A DNA stretch of 64,000 bases from Stylophora pistillata. Its lineage: Eukaryota. The notes under the pieces are model-generated. The model worked only from the letters and a program-made list of their open reading frames with translations. It was not told the origin of the DNA and made no database searches. The position numbers were made by a program, and so were the translations under genes. The stretch is taken from contig NW_019217973.1 in NCBI RefSeq assembly GCF_002571385.2, positions 237,131 through 301,130 of the forward strand. The letters run 5' to 3'. Of this stretch, positions 13,701-26,795 are shown piece after piece; the stretch's first letter is position 1; each line of letters starts with the position of its first letter.

Positions 13701-14060
13701 AAAATGAAGGAAAAAATCCCAGGAAAAAGTGGGCAACAATCTCCATTGTCTTTCTCCCAGGTTGGGTATTTGGATGTGTTATAAGGGTATGTACCACCCC
13801 GATGTGACCAAGTCTACATTTGGGCCCAGGTTTTAAAATAAATAGAAAAAGGTACTATATCTCATTTTAAACACTAAGTGCTTCTATTTTGTAAAGTTTA
13901 CAAATAACTCATTTTCAATTGCCAGGCTGACTCCAACATGAATGATCTCATCGCTGAGTATCAACAATACGAGGAAGCAGGGCCAGAAGAAGTCATCTAT
14001 GATGAAGGCGAATATGAAGAGCTCAGAGATTTCCCAAGTGACTCAACCAACAATATATAA
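7750..14060 (+). CDS. TUBB: Divergent beta-tubulin; exons 7750-7806, 9438-9546, 9934-10044, 10343-10800, 11393-11887, 13926-14060
   Basis: [19 protein letters not shown] / [11 protein letters not shown] / [13 protein letters not shown] / NNWAKG, GGGTGSG, IDNEALY, LRFPGQ / [36 protein letters not shown] / [15 protein letters not shown]...stop. All junctions are GT-AG and in frame; the first three exons are 57, 109 and 111 nt, as is typical of animal beta-tubulins. Confidence 0.95.
12600..12641 (+). ncRNA. Candidate minimal type I hammerhead ribozyme (Penelope-like), in beta-tubulin intron 5
   Basis: TAT-CTGATGA-GTTTC(TTGGCC)GAGAC-GAAAC-GCCGA-GTC-ATA: complete core, 5-bp stem II, GUC cleavage triplet, but only a 3-bp stem I. 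Confidence 0.45.
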
Positions 14061-15973
14061 ATGAAAACTAAAAGATTTGCTTTGAAGTACAATTATTTTC
14101 ATTTATTTGCTAACTTTTACTTTATTATCAGGTTACTGAATGATTTGTAACAGTTGCTATACCAAGTACATACATATAGTTTTAAGATGAGCTTGACTCA
14201 AAATTAAAGAATCTAGGGCTCTCAACAAGTACTTCCCTGCTAAGTTTTGAGAAAGTAAGCGAGGTACCTATATAAATTGAGTTGAAGCTCTTCACAAGAT
14301 GTTTGTATTATTACAGTTTACCAAATATTAATTTACCTTTTAGTTTTGTTAGTGAACCAATCAGTAATTTGTTTAAGTTGAAATACAACACAGAACAATT
14401 TCCAAAGTATCCAAGTTAAGGGATGTTTTCATTTATTCGTTGGAACAGGTCTTTGAGTCAATGTATTTTCTATTTCATTGACTTTGGTGAATTTTTTATG
14501 TTTGATTACTCCATTAAGGGCTTTGTTTGTTTTTGAATGTAAATATTATACCAATTCATTTTGCAATTTAGGCCAAGAACATAAAGCTCACTTGATTTTG
14601 CCTCCATCATATAAGGATTTAATTCCTATTTCTCTGTGAACAATAAAATTTATTACGTATGAAATTAATCCTCCTAAAATTTCCATATACCGGTAAGTTT
14701 AAATCAAAATAAGTTTAGAATAATTAAGGATTATTTCAAAATTAAGTTAACCTCTCATGACCCACAAAGCCATAAAATCCTATTCTTAATCAAACATAAT
14801 TATATATTTGAATAATGAGGAATTAAAATAATGATTTAATCCAAAGAGGTGACTTAGGCATTGCAAGATAAATAGGCAAAGGAGAATCTAGAATTTTAAA
14901 GAGATTACAAAAGATTCAATTATTTATAAATATACATAATTATTTTACTTAAAAAAGGCTGAAAATAAAGCTTAACTACAAAGATCTTGATTATAAGGGT
15001 TTTTACCTTGTTTTTTACTACCTTACTCATTTGCCCCATACACAGAAACAAAAGAAGCCTTTAGAACAAGGGTATTGAAAAGCCATAGTAACATGGCAAT
15101 ACTCTGAAGGGGGCAATTTTTTAGACATAATCTTCAATAACTAAACCATACATTTCGCAGAAAATATGGTCCCTTCCTAAGAAGAAGTGCAGTACAGATG
15201 TCTCTCCTTATGCTTGCAATTAAACAATCAGTCTCTACCCAAACAGTCTAACTAAATATTTTTTTAAAATATGCCTGGTTAGGGAAGAAGCAGTAGAGGC
15301 TCAACCTTCATTGGAAGTCATATCTTATAACTAATACACATTTTAAAAACAAATGAATCAACAAAAATGGCCATTAAGCCAAGTACACGTAACTGTCATG
15401 AATGTTTATAAGGCCTGTAAAGTGCTATTTACTCTGCAATTATTATTGGAAATAACACAACATCCTTTTTGAACCTTAACCTCAAAGTATTTTACAATAA
15501 TTGTAACTCTCAAACTATTCCATTACACTAAAACTGAAATTCCTTGTTTACCTTGTTAATTCAAAGTTTTACTTATTATTAATAGGAAGTAATGGTTTTG
15601 GCTTGAAGCCTTACAAACAAATTAGACCCTGTCTTTAGGAAAAAAGGCCACGTCATTCAAATATAATTATAAAAAATTAATGGAAACTGCATACAATATA
15701 TATACACCCAAGCTGGTGAGTTTTTGTTGAAACATGATAACTTGGTGCAAATATAAGAGCCCTATCAATGATGAGTTGCTAGTCATTGGCACTCAGTAGC
15801 AACAACAAAAATTCACCAAGCATAACTTGCCTGAAAATTTATTGCACGGGTCATTTGTGAAACACCTTTTCCTACAAAGACAATCTAAACTCAAGGAAAA
15901 TGACGTTTTATTGTCACCACTTCCTGAACGCCACCTGCTCCATGCATTATCCACTTAATTTCTGAGTAAAATC

Positions 15974-18900
15974 TCATGCAGCAGTGAAGAACTGAGCCAT
16001 TAAGTTAGCAAATCCAAGCAAAACAATGATAGAATGGAATCCAAAACTCAGCCATGACAGCTGTCCTTTTCGCTTCTGTATCACCATGTATGCAATACAG
16101 GGTAATGCATAATCATAAGCCAGTCCACTTAATGATCCAGCATACCTACAGATGGAATAAAATAGCAATAATATCAAACAAAATGAAAAGGTCCTTTTGG
16201 GAAATTTCTTATTATAATATATCACATGTTCACATGACAGCTAGTTCTATCCATTAGTTACCTGAGAAGGTCTCCAACATGTGGATATACAACTGCAGAT
16301 AATACACAGGTTCCAATCAGAACAAAGTTTAGGATAAACACGTGAAGAAAGCTGTGGACAATAATTATCAGAAAAGTTACCTGTAAAACACCTGTAATAT
16401 TGCTTATTAAAATAAGTATGAAAAAGGTACTGGAAATTAAAAAAAGTTTTTTACTCTTACCAGAGCACATGCAAAGCAGAAGATATAGAAACCAACACAC
16501 CTGGGATAGGTTTTGTTGAAGAAATACAACATGAACTGCACACGTATGACATACATGGCCAGAGGAAACACAGTGGTAAGTTGAAACAGAAGAAAGAGCC
16601 TGGCTATAAATGTCATAACATCTGAAGCTGGAAAATTATCAAGAAGAACCTAAAAAAAAAAGAGTTAAGTTAATTTTAAAAATTAATAAATTGTCCTTAA
16701 ACTCAGTTTCAGCATTTTAGTTGTACTCAATGGCCAATTACCCCCATTCCCCCGGTACCTTCTGCCCCATTCCCCCAGTACCTTCTTCCCCATTCTCCCA
16801 GTACCTTCTGCCCCATCACCTTCCTCTTAAAATCAGAAACTATAGAATTATAAATTAAGGTGCAATGAAGTATCTACAGTACTACAAAAAAAAATTGGGA
16901 GATTTTTAATCCAATTTTGGTAAGATACCCTGCATGAGTAGGCCTTTTGGTAAAGAGATCCAAGCAAATTATGTTACATGGGTTTCTTCTGTCTCAGAAC
17001 ATATCATATTTTAGACTTCCTAGAAACAATCACTCAGTACATATCACAAGGCAATTGTAGGGGTATGTTGCAGGTTAAAATTAAATTCAGGTAAAAAAAT
17101 TTTAACCTGGGTTGAATTTCAATTCTCTTTGTCTCCAAGCCCTAATTGTGAATAATTAGGGCTCAGAGACAAAGGAAATTGAAATTCAATCTAGGTTGAA
17201 ACTTTTTGACCTGAATTTAATTTTTACCTGCAACAGATATATATTTAATAAACTCTACAAAACCCTAATTGCAGTCATGCACAAACTTTGGCAGGAAATA
17301 TTACCTGTTGAATACAATCTTTTTCTTTAGGAAAAGAAATGAAGAACAGCACACCAACAGTTGTATAGGTAAATGCTACAAGACAGAAAGCTATACTGAG
17401 GTCTCGTTCCTGAAATGAAGAGGAAAGAGTAGCTCCAACATTAGTGGGTAGTTCTTCTCCAAACTGTTCTCCATACACTCTCTAATGTGTTGCAAAGGAG
17501 AATTTGGTTAGTAACCAAGAGCTCTTAAATTGGTGATCATTTCTTTTATTCTAGTAACCTTAATGTGTGATTAAGTGGTGATGTTGTGAGGAAAGATTAG
17601 AAGCTAGTCACCCTTGAGGGGTTAAAGGGTTCAATTTAAAAGAAGTCATCAACACTATTGAATTATTGAGTGTAGTGTATTGAATTCAATTACTATTCTA
17701 ATATTATTGTATTATATTCAATTATTATTCTAATAAATTGTATTCTAGTTGGGAAAAACTATTTAAATAAACACCTGATAGTGACCCTTCAATAATATTG
17801 ATCACTAACATTATTCTTAGGGTTCTCCTGGTTCCTCATTATTGACAGAATACTGTTGTGAATAAAGTAGGCCATGGTAAGTATTCCTGTTAGGGCTGGA
17901 AAACTAGCCTTGAACACTAAAACAGAAAAAATGGGACACATGTAAGTAAAAACTATACAAATCATCCCATGAAACTACAACTAATAATGACAGACATTAC
18001 TTAGAACTCTGTCATGAACTGTTGGCCATCTTAGACACAAACTCCCATAACATAAATTAACTGTAAGAATATAAAGCTTTTGTCTGTCAGGACTTTAGGA
18101 AATGCACAGGAAACAGTATAGGGAATATGCATACTGATTTTAGGGTGTTAATTAAGGATTAACGTCACTGTTCCAGACATGACTAGGATTAGTATATCTT
18201 TATTTAATATATTTCAGAGCTGAGCAAAGAGTTTCCAGCAATCTGATTGGTCGAGCGGTTCCTTATATGACGCTATATAAACCGCTCCCTGCAGTTTATG
18301 TAAAATGTCAACATAAAATGTTAATAAATGTTACTAAAATGTTATGATTTTAGAAATTTCTCTGTTGTTCAGCTCTGAAATTATACTAAAACAATTATTC
18401 ACCTCAGGTTTGGTGAATATTGTCGAATAAGCCCCGAGACGAAGTCTCGGGGCTTATTCGACAATATTCACCTTGCCTTTGCTGAATAATTGTTAAATAT
18501 TAACAACATTCCTTAAATGGTCATTTATCTACTCTTCTTTTTAAAATATACCTATTTTAGGTGGTTTTAATTTTCTTGTTTTAATTCAAGTACTGGCATC
18601 TGCTACAGGTGTTATTCAATATTTTTAAATCAGCTCTAGGTTTAAGACCTTACTTGGTATCTTGTTAAAATCCATGTTGACTCCCCATATGCTGGCTTTG
18701 GTAACAGTGAAGATGATGATGTAGACAGCTGACAAGGTTCCTGTGGAGAGAGGAGTATGAAGATAACATGAAACACCTGATTTTACAATCACTGCATTCT
18801 TCCAGATGCAAGTTTTTAATTCCAAATATTTTACACTTATTGAGGTCATATTTAAAAACAAATCTTGCTCCATTGGTCGAAATGATACTTTCCCTAATGC

Positions 18901-21900
18901 CCAAATTTTCTAATTCTATTACATCAAATTTCTCTTTCCCTTTACTAACCCAACCTCTGAAAATGTTCCCGCAACTTTTGAAATTTTCCAGATTTGGTGT
19001 GTGAGAGACTATGTAAACAATCTGAATATTATTTTGTGTGCATAAATTGTCAGTTTTGAACAGTGGCCCCATAGTTTGTGATCCATTGCACTTATAACCC
19101 CGATATTCATCTCTTGTTTCCTTTGGGATAGAAATTAAGAAGGTTAAAGCCTGCAATTTCAAAAGCAAAAGTCTCTTTGTCGTATCATATAACACAGATT
19201 TTATGACATAAGAGCTGGTAAGTCTATTATAAATCCCTGTCACCTAATTTCGAAATCAACTGAGCTTGAAGAAATTAAAAATAAGAGAGAGAGAGATTTT
19301 ACCAAAAAGAATGGGGCTTGGATTTTTCTATTACATTAAAATTGTTTCATCTTCAGAATGAGGATATAATAAAGAAAAAGATAAACTAAGAAAGTCAGCA
19401 CTGATCACAGAAATTAGATATAACCTACCTAAAGAATTGAACTTTGTGAAAAAAGTTGGTGACTTGGCACTGCACAATGGAAGGAAGATGGCAATCAAAA
19501 AGTATGGTACAGTATGTTGAACATGCCAGAATGAATTTCCATCCTGAACAATTGAACAATTTGAAGAAGTTGACCCTGCACTATAACCATCCAGGCAAAG
19601 TACTGAGAAAAAAAAAAGTGCACCGGCAATGACATGAACAGAAAGAAATAATTTTACCAAAAATGTTTCTAACACGTAAACGGACAAAGCATGCAGATGA
19701 AAATTAAAAAGAAAATTTCAAAATGAACACTTGAACAATTATGCAAAAAGGAAAACTGTTGGACAAATAGAAGATAAAAATAACATTCAGTGGATGCAAA
19801 CATACACTTTATGTTACCTTCAAAAGTGGTTGAAGAGTTGACTGCTGGTCCATCTGAAAATATGTTTTCTAAATAGGAGGAAAGAAAAACTATTTGAATG
19901 AACAGTTGTTACAGTTTGCTAGTGTCACTTTTATACTTCTCAAGAGATTTGATTCAAATTTCAATTTAATCAAAAGTCATACATTTTAAAATATTTATCA
20001 TATGTTGTCAACTTTTAAACTTACCTTGGATGTATTTTCCAGAATTGAATAGAAAGCTGCTCATTAAAACCCAAAATACATTGACTGCGCACACAAGAGG
20101 AGCCACTGAAAACAAGACAGCAATGAACTCTCCAGGTTTACCAAGACACTCTCTACATATATCAGAAAACTCCACAACATCTCCATGCTTCACTAAAGAG
20201 ACAAAAAAGGTATTTCAATTTATAAGTTAAGTACTATGGTTGAACTACAAAGTTAGCATTATCAAAAATAAATGCATTTATTTAGTATTCCAATAATCAT
20301 CAATAATTATGTGCAAAGATAAGACAGGGATAAAGTTTGATGTATAACCTTACAGCATTACTTGTCAATGAGACAGATGAAATTAGTTTTGCCACTAATT
20401 CAAAGAGTAGTGCTGCAGAATAACCAAATGCATAATCAGTGACATATATCACTACCTAACTCCCAGAAGTGATTAACATGTTACTTCTCCTTATAATAGC
20501 CACACATAATCTAGCAAACTGGTAATGGGAATACTCAAAATTATCGGGTACAAGTGGTAAGCTTGATCTTACACCAAATTCTCCTCACTAATTTACATGT
20601 AGAAGGAAGAATTAACTATCAGATTAGGGTATTTTAAAGATGAAGAAGCTCAAGTATATAGTACCTTTCTCTTGTGTACACTTTACTATCAAATGGCAGG
20701 TGTAAAAAATAATTCCAGCCATTACTATCAAAACAATAACACCAAGAGCAAAACCAGCCTGAAAAACAAATGGAATGAAATTCAGATTTTAGTGAACAGC
20801 TTTCATGTCATTGAAACCCCATAAAGAATAAACTTGCAACAAAAATAACTAAATGATGTATTATCAATGGTAAAGTAGTAAACCCAAGCATTGAGAGGAG
20901 ATGGGCTGGAATTGGGAAGGGGAAAAGGTGACCCGGGAATGTGAGAGGTTGAATGTTGGACATTGAGAATTGGGAAGTTGGAGGTGAGAANNNNNNNNNN
21001 NNNNNNNNNNNNNNNNNNNNNNNNNNNNNNNNNNNNNNNNNNNNNNNNNNNNNNNNNNNNNNNNNNNNNNNNNNNNNNNNNNNNNNNNNNNNNNNNNNNN
21101 NNNNNNNNNNNNNNNNNNNNNNNNNNNNNNNNNNNNNNNNNNNNNNNNNNNNNNNNNNNNNNNNNNNNNNNNNNNNNNNNNNNNNNNNNNNNNNNNNNNN
21201 NNNNNNNNNNNNNNNNNNNNNNNNNNNNNNNNNNNNNNNNNNNNNNNNNNNNNNNNNNNNNNNNNNNNNNNNNNNNNNNNNNNNNNNNNNNNNNNNNNNN
21301 NNNNNNNNNNNNNNNNNNNNNNNNNNNNNNNNNNNNNNNNNNNNNNNNNNNNNNNNNNNNNNNNNNNNNNNNNNNNNNNNNNNNNNNNNNNNNNNNNNNN
21401 NNNNNNNNNNNNNNNNNNNNNNNNNNNNNNNNNNNNNNNNNNNNNNNNNNNNNNNNNNNNNNNNNNNNNNNNNNNNNNNNNNNNNNNNNNNNNNNNNNNN
21501 NNNNNNNNNNNNNNNNNNNNNNNNNNNNNNNNNNNNTAGAGTGTCGGACTCATAATCCGCTGCTCCTGGGTTCGAGTCCCCCACCCTGACCACTGGATTT
21601 GTTTCACGGTAGCCCTGAGTTCAGATCCTTGGCCACGCTTGTAAATAGCCAACTGGTTTGCCTCCGGCTAGTTGGGGTTCTTAATGATGTTATGTTCAAT
21701 TTAGACCCTTTGTTTCATTTGTTTGCAAGGACCACAATGGAAACTACTGGTTCACCAGTAATTGTGTAATCCTTTTTTTTTTTTTTTTAACAGCACATTC
21801 AGCCAGTTATAACAGTGGTTAGAGGTAGTTCAGATCATATGGACTAGGTGAAAATTTAACTCAAACCTCATTCACAACAAAGCTTTAACATGTTTTAAAG

Positions 21901-24055
21901 CTGTTTTGTTTAGTATGGTTGAAAATTGTTTTCTTCATAGTGGCTGTTTAGGCCAATGTTTATTGATATCAAATTTTACACATTTAAAATAAAAGTTTGT
22001 GGCTAGTTGAAAACTATGGAAAACTCAGTTTTTCAGTTCCCTGTTTATGACTTTCAGTCAGGTAACCCTTATGGATGATTCTCCTAACTGTCTGCTATGC
22101 AATTCTTATGATGTTATTTCGAAGAATTTAGTATAGGATCATTTCTGATATTTTCTTTTATTCTCATCACTTGTCCACTTGATATTGTATTGATACTGTA
22201 AGGAGAAATTCTGTCTTGGTCACTAATGAGAGTTGAAGGATTAACCCCAGTTTAACTAAACATGTTTTACCAGTGTGATATTATTCTTACATTGTCACAA
22301 GGCTGCTTTGTTTCTCATCCTTCTCTTTTGTGACAACAGACCAAGATGGAAGCAGGTGGCTTGGAATTATCTATAAAAGGGAAAAAGGATGAAGTAATAA
22401 TTAATGTTTCCTGAAGGAGTTAAAATAATACACCAATTAAGCCTTTGGCATGCATGGTGAAATGTCCATATACATAATAATTTACCTACCACATTGTGAT
22501 TATATAAGCGAGAGATGTATCTATAGCGATTGAACTTGGCTGCCAAGTCCAAATACTCCAAGGACGACATAATTGTTTCCTTAAGAAGATTGACATTGAA
22601 GGGTTTCCTTTTTTGAGTACTTGTTGTGTTGCCATTTTGGTTTCTTTCACTAAAAAGCAATAAAATCAAATCAAAACAATCAAATGAAGACGCTGCTTTA
22701 CTCTAACTTGCTCATGTTCAGTTGTCTGTGTGAATATATCAAGTGTTTAAGAAAATCCTTATTTAAAATTCAGTTTGTCGTCCACTGGCTCTAGTACCCC
22801 TCAAAGTGAAATCGAAAGAAATCGAGTGTGCTTATCATGTGAGAAACAAAAGGATTTGATAAAACTAAAAGGAGTTTCGAATCATTGTAACGTACCTTCT
22901 CAATTACAAGCGTATCCACTACCTTAAAGATTTTAAAAGCCATTCTAGCATGTGAGCAGTTCGTGCAGGCTGAGCCGCCAACGTGAATGAGTGACCTTTA
23001 ACTTTCTGATGTTTTCTGATAAATTGCTCTTCAACTGAACGCTACACAGCATCGATCTTCTTCATTATCGAAGTTAAAAAAAAAAAACCAACTTGAAGCC
23101 AGATAAATTGGGAAAATTGAAGTCTCTCGCAAATTAATTCAGCTGAGCCATGTTGGGGTCATTACTCAATTAACTACTCATGTAAACTCTCACAAATAGT
23201 CCTCGGGTTATGTCTCTACACTCTCCGGCCTTTCCAAAATCGCCATTTATATTTACTTTTAACTTGTTGTGTAGTTGCGCAAGTAAGACTACAAATTATT
23301 TTTTTAATTAAGGCTATTTACCTATACCATGACCATAATAATTCTCAAAGTTGTCAAAAGATATCGTTGTAGAGGCTGTTCCCTTGAGCCCAACGAGGAC
23401 AGAATTGAACTTTGGGGCCTCTGTAGTTTTGGTGTAGGAATGATTTCTCCCGAAAACGATCTTACACACATGTACAATTTCATTGCCTTTTCCAATTAAT
23501 TCTGTAACAGCTGGAAAATTTGCGTCTGGCTGGGATAAAAATGAAGACCGATTCACCTTTGTCCATTAGTAAAGAATTCCTAACAGACGTGTCGAAGCAC
23601 TCCGCAGGTACATCTCAAGAAATACCCCAAGTGAGTATTTTTTCCATGCACACCAATGTATAAACAGAGATGCCTACGCGCCCAGCAAATTCAGAACGCC
23701 TGGAATTGCCATTATTACCTAATTCCGCAAATATCCTACTTCCGTTAGATTTGAACTGTCGAGATTCGATTGTTACGTAATTCCTCTAGTTTTAATAACT
23801 GAGATTTACGGCACTGCACAACTTAAGAGTGTCAACTCCGAAAATTTGCATAAAAGCTGACAACGTCATGGACATCGCATACACCTCAGAACAAGGACTT
23901 TACCTTGAATAAGATGGAAAATTTAACTTGTCTCCAGAATTGCTTGAATCGCCCAGTTGAACTGAGAGTAAAGGAGATTGTTCGTCTGTGATCGCCACAC
24001 CCACTTCACTTGAGGAGTTTGCTCCTTTCTCCGCAGCCGTGACATGATCCAACAT
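15974..24055 (-). CDS. SLC38A9: SLC38A9-like lysosomal amino acid transporter, copy A; exons 24055-23904, 22649-22490, 22370-22291, [exon 4 presumably in gap], 20758-20665, 20192-20025, 19868-19818, 19602-19429, 18740-18654, 17916-17810, 17409-17305, 16649-16501, 16351-16262, 16145-15974
   Basis: KRKPF...RYRYISRL...IPSHLLP...KQSSLVTI, VFWVLMSSFLFNSG, TVPYFL, FPALTGILTMAYFIHN, FLLFQLTTVFPL, YAGSLSGLAY...ANLMAQFF. Exon structure parallels copy B, with several exon lengths identical (94, 168, 149, 90 nt). Confidence 0.9.
16741..16822. repeat. Short C-rich tandem repeat (about 23-bp unit CCCCATTCCCCCAGTACCTTCTG, about 3.5 copies)
   Basis: Directly visible repeated unit. Confidence 0.8.
17066..17235. 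mobile_element. Palindromic MITE-like element (about 170 bp foldback)
   Basis: TGTTGCAGGTTAAAATTAAATTCAGGT... pairs with ...ACCTGAATTTAATTTTTACCTGCAACA; complementarity continues to a central AGCCCTAATT-loop-AATTAGGGCT. Confidence 0.75.
17459..17612 (-). repeat. Short interspersed repeat (AACCCTT.../AGGAGAATT family); related copies at about 20455-20630 and 22063-22244
   Basis: Shared blocks such as AGGAGAATTT...TGGTCACT...AAGGGTT and AAATTCTCC across the three intronic copies. Confidence 0.5.
18190..18496. mobile_element. Hairpin-terminated interspersed repeat
   Basis: AACAATTATTCA...GGTGAATATTGTCGAATAAGCCCCGAGAC-GAA-GTCTCGGGGCTTATTCGACAATATTCACC...TGAATAATTGTT forms a long stem with a GAA loop, preceded by a CTGATTGG-containing body. 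Confidence 0.6.
21538..21740 (+). mobile_element. tRNA-derived SINE (family B), 5' end lost in the gap
   Basis: B-box GGTTCGAGTCC, then core CCACTGGATTTGTTTCACGGTAGCCCTGAGTTCAGATCCTTGGCCACGCTTGTAAATAGCCAACTGGTTTGCCTCCGGCTAGTTGGG. Confidence 0.75.
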
Positions 24056-25510
24056 TCTCAGTCGAGTAAACCGATGCTGAGTAGTATTTTGGTTGAATCT
24101 TTTTCTTTCAAGAGGTAAAGCAGCTTTTTGTATGAAGGGTGACTGAGCAGGTCTTCTTCCAAGGATATAGTGAATATCAACACAGGTGTAACAGGCGTTA
24201 TACCCCTCTTGGAAAGTCACCACCAAGTCACGAGCTTTTTGAAATGCCTCATTTCAAAGTATACCATTCATATATGACACAGACCCAAAGGCGGGAACGT
24301 GGTGTTATGAAACTTGAAACTGTAACAGGATACGACCAAACAAAGAGTACAACCGATTTCGAAAGTTGCTGTTAAATTTTACTCATCATCATGGGCCAAC
24401 GAAGTGGGGAGTTTTATGAAGATCATGTTTTCAAATTTCACCCTCTTTAGGAATCTAGCCAAAACGCCTTGTTCGTTTAAAAATGAATATTTTCCCACGG
24501 GACAAACGCGGTCAATCATGCTACGTTGCGAAACACGAAAGCTAAAAATTTGTTACGAGCATCTAAAGATTAAGTGAAGACGAGTAAAGTACAGTATACG
24601 CACTATGGTAAACAGTTCACGAGTGTAAACTGTGAGCTGTGCCTTCGCAGGTGTAGATGTAGACAGGGGCGGTACCTTGCTAAAAAGGGCCCGAGGTTGA
24701 ACAACATCAATCATTTTTCACACGGTTGTCCCAGCTAAATATTAATGTAGTTAAGCTAACTGACCTCAGTGGTGTCAGAAGTCCATCGCCCGCTTGATTT
24801 CTTTAGGCAATAAAAGCCACACCCTGTGCCGTGGCGCATGACAAACCTGAGGCATGCGTCATAAAAATCATAGTTGCACCCATAACATTCCTCAACGATG
24901 ACCATCTCACTCTTCAACGCAAGCGTACAACTTCATTCTGCCGAGATTCGTCAATATTTTTAGGCCAGGCTCACATTATGAAAGTGTTTTATGTGATTCG
25001 CATAACTAAGATAAAAGGATCTTGATAGTCCCCCATAGACTCCTGCCCGAGGTGTTGTGGCGAGTAGCTAAAATAAAAATGTACCTTCTCAGTTTCGTTC
25101 TGGAGAATATGTCTCTCAACGATTTACTTTATTTGGGAGTTATTGTGAAATGCTTTTCATAAAGAGCTAGAGCTCGGGCTGATTTGGGATTAAAATCCAT
25201 CGTTGCATCATTGTTTGACAACCTTAAGATGAGGTTTCATTGAGAGGGAAACACATAAGAGTTGATATAAGATTCGTCACGACGAGATGATGCATAAAGC
25301 TCTGTGGATTTACTTAAGACAGATCTGAAAATGAAAGTGAAACAGAAAGTAACAGACGTTTCGACCAAAATTCCAGAAAAAGATTTAAAAATTCCACACA
25401 GATCTGATAATGTTGTGCTTCTCGCTTCGAGAAACATGAACTGAGATGCTTTGCTCTCTTAGTCTAGAAACTTGATAAGCTTTCACTTTTACCGTGCCCT
25501 GACCGCGCCA

Positions 25511-25665
25511 CCTTACATAAAGGTCCGAGGTTATCAAGGAGCCCTTTAGTAGGTCCTTGTTATAGAAGGCAGTTGACCCCCTCATCCTTACATAAAGGTC
25601 CGAGGTTATCAAGGAGCCCTTTAGTAGGTCCTTGTTATAGAAGGCAGCTGACCCCCTCATCCTTA
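25511..25665. repeat. 75-bp direct tandem duplication (2 copies plus partial)
   Basis: CCTTACATAAAGGTCCGAGGTTATCAAGGAGCCC...CCCCCTCAT at 25511 and 25586, with one mismatch. Confidence 0.9.
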
Positions 25666-26795
25666 ATCCCACCCTTCCACGAATCTCTCTATTTCTGCAA
25701 AGAATGGCTTATTTTTTTTTGCTACTCGTATCAAAATCTGTCATGTGACAAGTTGCGCGGGGGATTTAGCTGAGATGCACAGGAGAAAGAAACTATTTAC
25801 TGATTAGTGACTTAGCTGCTGTTTTATTTTAGCAAAATTGCCCCTCGCATGTAAATATTTGAAATATTGCAATTCTCTTAATTAGGTTCTTCAAACGCAG
25901 CAAAGACGCCACTTAAAAGAACACACTTTTCTCAAAATACGAATAAATTAATTCCCCGACAAATTAACCTTATATATAAATAAATCATACAGCTAGAGCG
26001 AAATTCTCAGCCCAAATGTCATTGTACCCTTCACTCCCCCCCGCTACCCCCCCCACTCCCAATCACCGTGAAGGGCATTTACTGACTTTGGTCAAATTAT
26101 AATTTTTAAAAAATATATGTTCAATTTAGTTTTTGGTTGATGTCTCCTATCCAAGTGCATTGTTAAGTTATAGGAACAAGGAAAAGGCACAAAACAGGAG
26201 AATGGTGCAGACATAGGGGAGGTTATCCTCTGCGGGGTCACGCAGCGCTCCCCGTTGCGTGAAAATCGAAGAAAGGCTGCAAAAGAAACTTATAAGGGAG
26301 GTCGAGTCATCACTGAATACTTCTTGACTATACTTCTCCTGTTTTTATCGTTTTCCTTAGTCCCTATTTAACTAAACAATGATCTGGAAAATTATTAAAT
26401 GTTTCAATAAAAACGATTCAACGTTCACGCACGCACATGCTAGTGTGGAAAGCTCAGTTATTGTGGATAAAAAAAAAAAACATGAGTACGGTAAAAAAAA
26501 GGTAAATTGTTTCGTGACATAGGAAAATATAACTGAGCTAACCAGTAACAGCCCAAGTTTTCCTAAAACCATTTCAAAAATCATAACTACAATACAACAG
26601 TGACCTGCACTAGGTAATTAAGTAGTCCACCTAATTTTGAGCATTTGATGCATATGAATGTAGGAACCTTTAACATTAAGGTCATAATTAAGCCCTCGAG
26701 ACAATTTTGCCACATAACTGCATATAATACACGTTTCAAGTGTATTATTCTACTGTATTACAAGATTAGAACATTGAATTAAACTCTCAAAAAAC

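Noticed and set aside
20808-21652. Long ORFs spanning N runs (also 39137-40335 and 44347-45538)
   Set aside because: Artefacts of translating assembly gaps; only the Penelope portion above 40209 is real coding-like sequence.
22896-23066. Alternative coding first exon for SLC38A9 copy A
   Set aside because: A donor-like site exists, but the ATG frame stops after 7 codons; the exon at 24055-23904 is the one homologous to copy B exon 1.
25511-25665. CRISPR-like array
   Set aside because: Only two abutting 75-bp copies, no spacers and no cas genes; eukaryotic context.
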